From Nitrospinaceae bacterium (GTDB lineage Bacteria > Nitrospinota > Nitrospinia > Nitrospinales > VA-1), in contig JBHHVU010000011.1 in assembly GCA_046754465.1 (NCBI GenBank), positions 1 through 64,000 on the forward strand: a stretch of DNA of 64,000 bases. Reading direction: 5' to 3'. Position 1 is the first letter of the stretch. The number at the start of each line of letters is the position of its first letter. Positions 59,453 through 64,000 of this stretch are shown one piece after another. The position numbers and the translations under genes are program-made. The notes beneath the pieces were generated by a model that did not search any database, was not told the DNA's origin, and was given only the letters and a program-made list of their open reading frames with translations.

Positions 59453-61423
59453 ATGACCGATATCGACGATTTACTTAAGGAAAAAATAACCGAAAACTCC
59501 TCTTCCCGGGAAGAAGAGCAAGCAGAGGTGTTATATCCTTCCGAACCAGAACTGGAATCCAGCAATTTCGAGGAAGAGGTCCATCAATCCCGGTTCCGGC
59601 TTTTTTTGACAAGAACCGGAAATTCCATGGCCAGGCTCTGGAAGGGAATAAAGTCCCGCTTCAAGAATGAGATTCCGGAGGAGGATTATCTCTCTGATTC
59701 CTCCGACGCCGATATTCTTTTCCCCAAGGAAGAAGATGAGAAGGAGGCTGCCTCCAAAAAGAAGAAAAGGGGTCACGGTTTTTTAAAAATAATTGGCTGG
59801 CCCGTTTTGCTCATTATAGTGTTCCTGCTGGGATTTTTCACCCGCCCGGACATGATGGATAACACCCTGAAAAACGTGGAAAAGTGGAGCGCATTGGTTT
59901 TCAAGGAAATGGGTCCCATCCAGGAAAAAGTCTCCGAAAAGGTCACGGAAATCATCGATAAGAACGTGCCCGTTAAAGGGCAGGCCCCCGCGGGTTCCGG
60001 AGACGGGGAAAAACCCCAAAGAAAAATCAAATATTGGAAAGCGCCCATGACGCCGGGATTCATCTCTGACAAACCCGGCAAATCCCCCATGGGCATGGAC
60101 CTGGTTCCTGTCTACGAAGAAGAGGAAGCGGTCAAACCAAAGCGGAAAATCAAATATTGGAAAGCGCCCATGACGCCGGGATTCATCTCTGACAAACCCG
60201 GAAAGTCCCCCATGGGCATGGACCTGATTCCCGTCTATGAAGATGAAGCCAACACCGGTCCGGGGATCCGGATCAATCCCAACATGGTCCAGAACATCGG
60301 AATAAAAACGGCAAAAGTAAAAAGGACCATCCTCACACGGGAGGTGCGGACGGTGGGGCATCTCACTTATGATGAAAGGTTGGTCACCCACATCCACACC
60401 AAGTATGAGGGATGGGCGGAAAAATTGTATGTCGACTTCAGGGGACAGGAGGTAAAAAAGGACGACCTTCTGCTTGAAATTTACAGTCCGGAACTGGTCT
60501 CCACCCAGGAAGAACTGCTTCTGGCCCTGAAATACAATCAATCCCTCAAAAACAGCTCGTTCAAGGAGATTTCCGGGGGGGCCAAAAGGTTGCTGGAGTC
60601 CACCCGGCGTAGACTGGAGTTGTTTGATGTCCCGGAACATCAAATCGAAGCCTTGATCCGGGACAAAAAGATCACCAAAACCATGCACATCCATTCGCCA
60701 TTCCGGGGTTTCGTGACCGAGAAACACGTTTTGCAGGGGATGTATGTCAAACCGGGCATGAACCTTTATACCATTGCCGACCTGTCCAACATCTGGGTTT
60801 TGGCCGACGTTTATGAATATGAATTGCCCTGGGTCAAACTCGGCCAGCCCGCCCAGATGACCCTGTCCTACTTCCCCGGAAAAAAGTTCAAGGGAAAGGT
60901 GACCTATGTCGACCCCTTCCTGGACCCCAAGACCCGGACCGTCAAGGTGAGAATGGAATTCGACAACCCCGAATGGAAACTCAAACCAGACATGTATGCC
61001 AACGTCAATCTGGAATCCATCATAGCCAAGCGGGCGGTCGCGGTTCCGGAAGATGCAATCATTCGCGCGGGAGAGAAAGACCTGGTCATCATAAGAAATT
61101 CGTCGGGTGGATTTGAACCTCGTCGAATTATTCTGGGAGCGCAGGCCAAGGGATATTACCAAGTCCTCAAGGGCCTCCGCGGCGGCGAGGAAGTGGTCAC
61201 CTCCTCAAACTTCCTGATCGATTCCGAAAGCAATCTCGGGGTGGCACTCAGTAAAATGCAGTCAACCAAACCCCCATTGGGGAAAAACCCCCCGAAGAAA
61301 ACCCCGTCACTTAAAAAGAAGATGACCATGAAAAAAGAGGAAGGGGGAAAAATGGATCTGTCCAAAATGAAGGGAAAACAAAATCAACCCACCGGCATGG
61401 TAAAAATAAAGCCGGAACCATGA
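59453..61423 (+). CDS. cusB: CusB-like periplasmic adaptor with two Met-rich metal-binding repeats
   Basis: Two copies of YWKAPMTPGFISDKPGKSPMGMDL[V/I]PVY; GWAEKLYV, YSPELVSTQEE, IADLSNIWV.ADVYE, LKPDMYA, NFLIDSESNL. Confidence 0.9.
   Translation: MTDIDDLLKEKITENSSSREEEQAEVLYPSEPELESSNFEEEVHQSRFRLFLTRTGNSMARLWKGIKSRFKNEIPEEDYLSDSSDADILFPKEEDEKEAASKKKKRGHGFLKIIGWPVLLIIVFLLGFFTRPDMMDNTLKNVEKWSALVFKEMGPIQEKVSEKVTEIIDKNVPVKGQAPAGSGDGEKPQRKIKYWKAPMTPGFISDKPGKSPMGMDLVPVYEEEEAVKPKRKIKYWKAPMTPGFISDKPGKSPMGMDLIPVYEDEANTGPGIRINPNMVQNIGIKTAKVKRTILTREVRTVGHLTYDERLVTHIHTKYEGWAEKLYVDFRGQEVKKDDLLLEIYSPELVSTQEELLLALKYNQSLKNSSFKEISGGAKRLLESTRRRLELFDVPEHQIEALIRDKKITKTMHIHSPFRGFVTEKHVLQGMYVKPGMNLYTIADLSNIWVLADVYEYELPWVKLGQPAQMTLSYFPGKKFKGKVTYVDPFLDPKTRTVKVRMEFDNPEWKLKPDMYANVNLESIIAKRAVAVPEDAIIRAGEKDLVIIRNSSGGFEPRRIILGAQAKGYYQVLKGLRGGEEVVTSSNFLIDSESNLGVALSKMQSTKPPLGKNPPKKTPSLKKKMTMKKEEGGKMDLSKMKGKQNQPTGMVKIKPEP
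60023..60243 (+). repeat. Intragenic tandem duplication (two ~98-nt copies, 123-nt period)
   Basis: 60023-60120 and 60146-60243 are near-identical (about five mismatches by eye, mostly synonymous); each encodes one CusB Met motif. Confidence 0.92.
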
Positions 61424-61447
61424 ACCGTCCTCACCGGGGTTGATCAA

Positions 61448-62416
61448 GTGAACTCTTTTATTTTCCAAAGGCCGCATATTTTATGGAAGATTTTTGGGAT
61501 AGCGGGCCTCACCCTTTTCGTCCTGATCCTTTCTTTTTTTAAGGGTGGCTTCCTGGAAAAATTCCACACCGATGCCATGATCGCTTCCTTTTTCCTGGTG
61601 GTGGTTTTGTGCGGCCTCCTTTTTTGGGATTTTTTGAAAATCATGCAGGTTCAACAGGAAAAAATTAATGCGCTGATGGGGATAAGGTTATCCCTGACTT
61701 CCCTCATCGACCTCAAGGATTCCTATACGGAAGGTCATTCCAAGCATGTCAGGAATTTGGCCAGGAAATTCGCAGAATTTTTAAAACTGTCTCCCACCGA
61801 AATTGAGGACATAAGTACGGCCGCGGAGTTGCACGATATCGGTAAAATTGGCGTCCCGGACTCTATTTTGAAAAAAAATGGAACATTGAATGAAGAGGAA
61901 TTTTTGGAAATTAAAAAACATCCTCAACGTGGGTCGGATGCCCTTAAACCCTTAAAAGGATTCGAAAACGTAACTCAAATCATCCGGAACCATCATGAGA
62001 GATACGACGGCACGGGCTATCCGAGGGGCCTTTCGGGAGAGCGGATTCCCTTTGGGGCCCGGGTGCTGGGCATATTGGACACCTATGACGCCATGGTCTA
62101 CAACCGACCCTACCGGAAAGCGAAGACCATTAGGGAGTTTCTCGACACCCTGGAAAAAGGCATGGGCTCCCAATTTGACCCGAGCCTGGCGGCCGCTTTC
62201 CATCAGTTTTTGCTGCAAAATTCGGAGAAGAATCATAAGGCCTATGACCCTGTTTGCGGGATGGAAGTCCACCCCAAAACCACCGCTTTCAAATCTCTTT
62301 ATCAAAACCAAACTTATATATTTTGTTCTGAAATTTGCTTGGAGGAATTCAACCGGAATCCCGGCAAATACGTTTTCAAAACCATGCCGACCGATACGCC
62401 CCCGCGCTCCCGGTAA
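61448..62416 (+). CDS. Membrane-anchored HD-GYP phosphodiesterase with C-terminal YHS domain
   Basis: Two TM helices; [36 protein letters not shown]-terminal DPVCGMEV...[17 protein letters not shown] (YHS). Confidence 0.9.
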   Translation: MNSFIFQRPHILWKIFGIAGLTLFVLILSFFKGGFLEKFHTDAMIASFFLVVVLCGLLFWDFLKIMQVQQEKINALMGIRLSLTSLIDLKDSYTEGHSKHVRNLARKFAEFLKLSPTEIEDISTAAELHDIGKIGVPDSILKKNGTLNEEEFLEIKKHPQRGSDALKPLKGFENVTQIIRNHHERYDGTGYPRGLSGERIPFGARVLGILDTYDAMVYNRPYRKAKTIREFLDTLEKGMGSQFDPSLAAAFHQFLLQNSEKNHKAYDPVCGMEVHPKTTAFKSLYQNQTYIFCSEICLEEFNRNPGKYVFKTMPTDTPPRSR

Positions 62417-62421
62417 ACCGC

Positions 62422-64000
62422 ATGCTTAATAAAGTTATCGCCGCCTCATTGCAGAATAGATTCATGGTTATCCTGGGCACCCTGTTTGTCGTTGTCTTTG
62501 GACTCTATTCCATGCAACGAACCCCCCTGGATGCGATTCCGGATTTAAGCGATGTGCAGGTCATCATCTTCACCGAATACCCCGGACAGGCCCCGCAAAT
62601 CGTGGAGGACCAGATCACTTACCCACTAACCACCACCATGCTGGCCGTCCCCTTTGCCACAACCGTCCGTGGATATTCTTTTTTTGGATTTTCTTTCGTC
62701 TACATCATATTCGAGGACGGGACGGATTTGTACTGGGCCCGCAGCCGGGTCTTGGAACAATTGAATTTTGTCGCCGGCCGGTTGCCGCCGGGGGTCAATC
62801 CTTCCTTGGGACCGGACGCCACGGGAGTCGGCTGGGTGTATGAATATGCCCTGGTGGATCGAACCGGGAAAAACGACCTGTCGCAATTGCGATCCATCCA
62901 GGACTGGTACCTGCGTTATGAACTTCAGACCGTTCCCGGCCTCTCCGAAGTGGCCAGTATCGGCGGTTACGTCAAACAATACCAGATCGAGGTGGACCCC
63001 AACAAACTGCTCGCCTACAACATCCCACTGCATAAAATCATCCGGGCCATCAAGCGCAGCAACAATGACGTCGGCGGACGACTGCTGGAAATGTCGGAAA
63101 CCGAATTCATGGTCCGTGGCCTGGGTTACATCAAAAACCTGAAGGACATCAATGAAATTCCCGTGGGGGTGGATAGCGAAGGAACCCCCATACAGGTTCG
63201 GGATGTGGCCAACGTACAACTCGGTCCGGAATTGCGGCGCGGACTGGTGGAGCTCAACGGCGAAGGGGAAGTGGCCGGCGGGATCGTCATAATGCGTTTT
63301 GGGGAAAACGCGCTGAAGGTCATCAATGGGGTCAAGAAAAAACTCGAAACCTTAAAAGCCGGCCTTCCCGAAGGTGTCGAAATCATCCCCGTTTATGACC
63401 GATCCTCCCTAATATACCGGGCGATCGACACCCTCAAGGAAAAATTAATCGAAGAGATTGTTGCGGTAGCCGTGATTTGCATGGTCTTCCTGGTCCATTT
63501 ACGCTCGGCCCTCGTGGCGGTCATTACTCTGCCGGTGGGCATTTTGATGGCCTTTATCGTCATGCAGAAACAAGGGCTCTCGGCCAATATCATGTCCCTG
63601 GGAGGAATCGCGATCGCGATTGGCGCCATGATAGCGGGGGCCATCGTCATGATCGAAAACGCGCACAAACACCTGGAACACGACCGCGGCAAGAAAGACC
63701 ATTGGCAAATCATCTACGAAGCCTCCATCGAAGTGGGACCCGCCCTATTTTTCAGCCTGTTGATCATCACGGTATCCTTCCTTCCGGTCTTCACCCTTCA
63801 GGCCCAGGAAGGCCGGCTGTTTTCCCCCCTTGCGTTCACCAAGACCTATTCCATGGCGGCTTCCGCCATTCTCGCCATCACCCTCGTCCCAGTTTTGATG
63901 GGATATTTCGTCCGTGGACGCATTCTTCCCGAAAAGAAGAATCCACTCAACTGGCTATTGGTCACCATTTACCGCCCCATCATCTGGCTGGTTTTAAGAA
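62422..64000 (+). CDS. cusA: CusA/CzcA-family heavy-metal RND permease (3' end runs off window)
   Basis: Not in the ORF track; hand translation gives [14 protein letters not shown]...[36 protein letters not shown]...[11 protein letters not shown]...[25 protein letters not shown]...[16 protein letters not shown]. Confidence 0.95.
   Translation, partial: MLNKVIAASLQNRFMVILGTLFVVVFGLYSMQRTPLDAIPDLSDVQVIIFTEYPGQAPQIVEDQITYPLTTTMLAVPFATTVRGYSFFGFSFVYIIFEDGTDLYWARSRVLEQLNFVAGRLPPGVNPSLGPDATGVGWVYEYALVDRTGKNDLSQLRSIQDWYLRYELQTVPGLSEVASIGGYVKQYQIEVDPNKLLAYNIPLHKIIRAIKRSNNDVGGRLLEMSETEFMVRGLGYIKNLKDINEIPVGVDSEGTPIQVRDVANVQLGPELRRGLVELNGEGEVAGGIVIMRFGENALKVINGVKKKLETLKAGLPEGVEIIPVYDRSSLIYRAIDTLKEKLIEEIVAVAVICMVFLVHLRSALVAVITLPVGILMAFIVMQKQGLSANIMSLGGIAIAIGAMIAGAIVMIENAHKHLEHDRGKKDHWQIIYEASIEVGPALFFSLLIITVSFLPVFTLQAQEGRLFSPLAFTKTYSMAASAILAITLVPVLMGYFVRGRILPEKKNPLNWLLVTIYRPIIWLVLR

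Noticed and set aside
60023..60243. Direct repeat considered as a CRISPR array or mobile-element end
   Set aside because: Only two long in-frame copies encoding a protein motif; no spacer series, cas genes or transposase.
59783..61162. 459-aa antisense ORF with an internal repeat
   Set aside because: It is the mirror of cusB, and the repeat is the cusB duplication read on the other strand.

Overview
A gene-dense window of bacterial chromosome. Gene content suggests a flagellated diderm chemolithotroph, possibly Nitrospinota-like, but that is inference only. Positions 1-50 kb are mostly housekeeping: a MerR-HTH/receiver regulator, a MacAB-TolC-type exporter, pabB/pabC-like genes, bioF-bioH-like-bioC, a Maf flagellin-modification factor, DnaJ/CbpA, ferredoxin, PduO, a PyrR-attenuated pyrR-pyrB-pyrC-carA-orf-carB operon, nth, two lytic transglycosylases, a small flagellar cluster (flhB-like, fliK, fliL), coaE, cvpA, an unusually large HPr fusion, an HNH protein and an HPPD-like VOC enzyme paired with an FAD 2-hydroxyacid dehydrogenase. 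The last 13 kb hold the two most interesting blocks. (1) 50968-57589 is a candidate outer-membrane-to-quinone electron conduit: a c7-type triheme cytochrome, a Cyc2/Cyt572-like cytochrome-porin fusion, and a divergent operon encoding a pentaheme cytochrome, Rieske protein, split cytochrome b, subunit IV and a membrane-anchored pentaheme cytochrome. (2) 57685-64000 is an atypical CusCBA operon. It is preceded by a CxxC/HPP leader ORF, has a duplicated Met metal site in CusB and an HD-GYP-YHS gene between cusB and cusA, and its CusA carries Ala at the proton-relay position Asp405. No rRNA, tRNA, CRISPR array, transposase or integrase was recognised.
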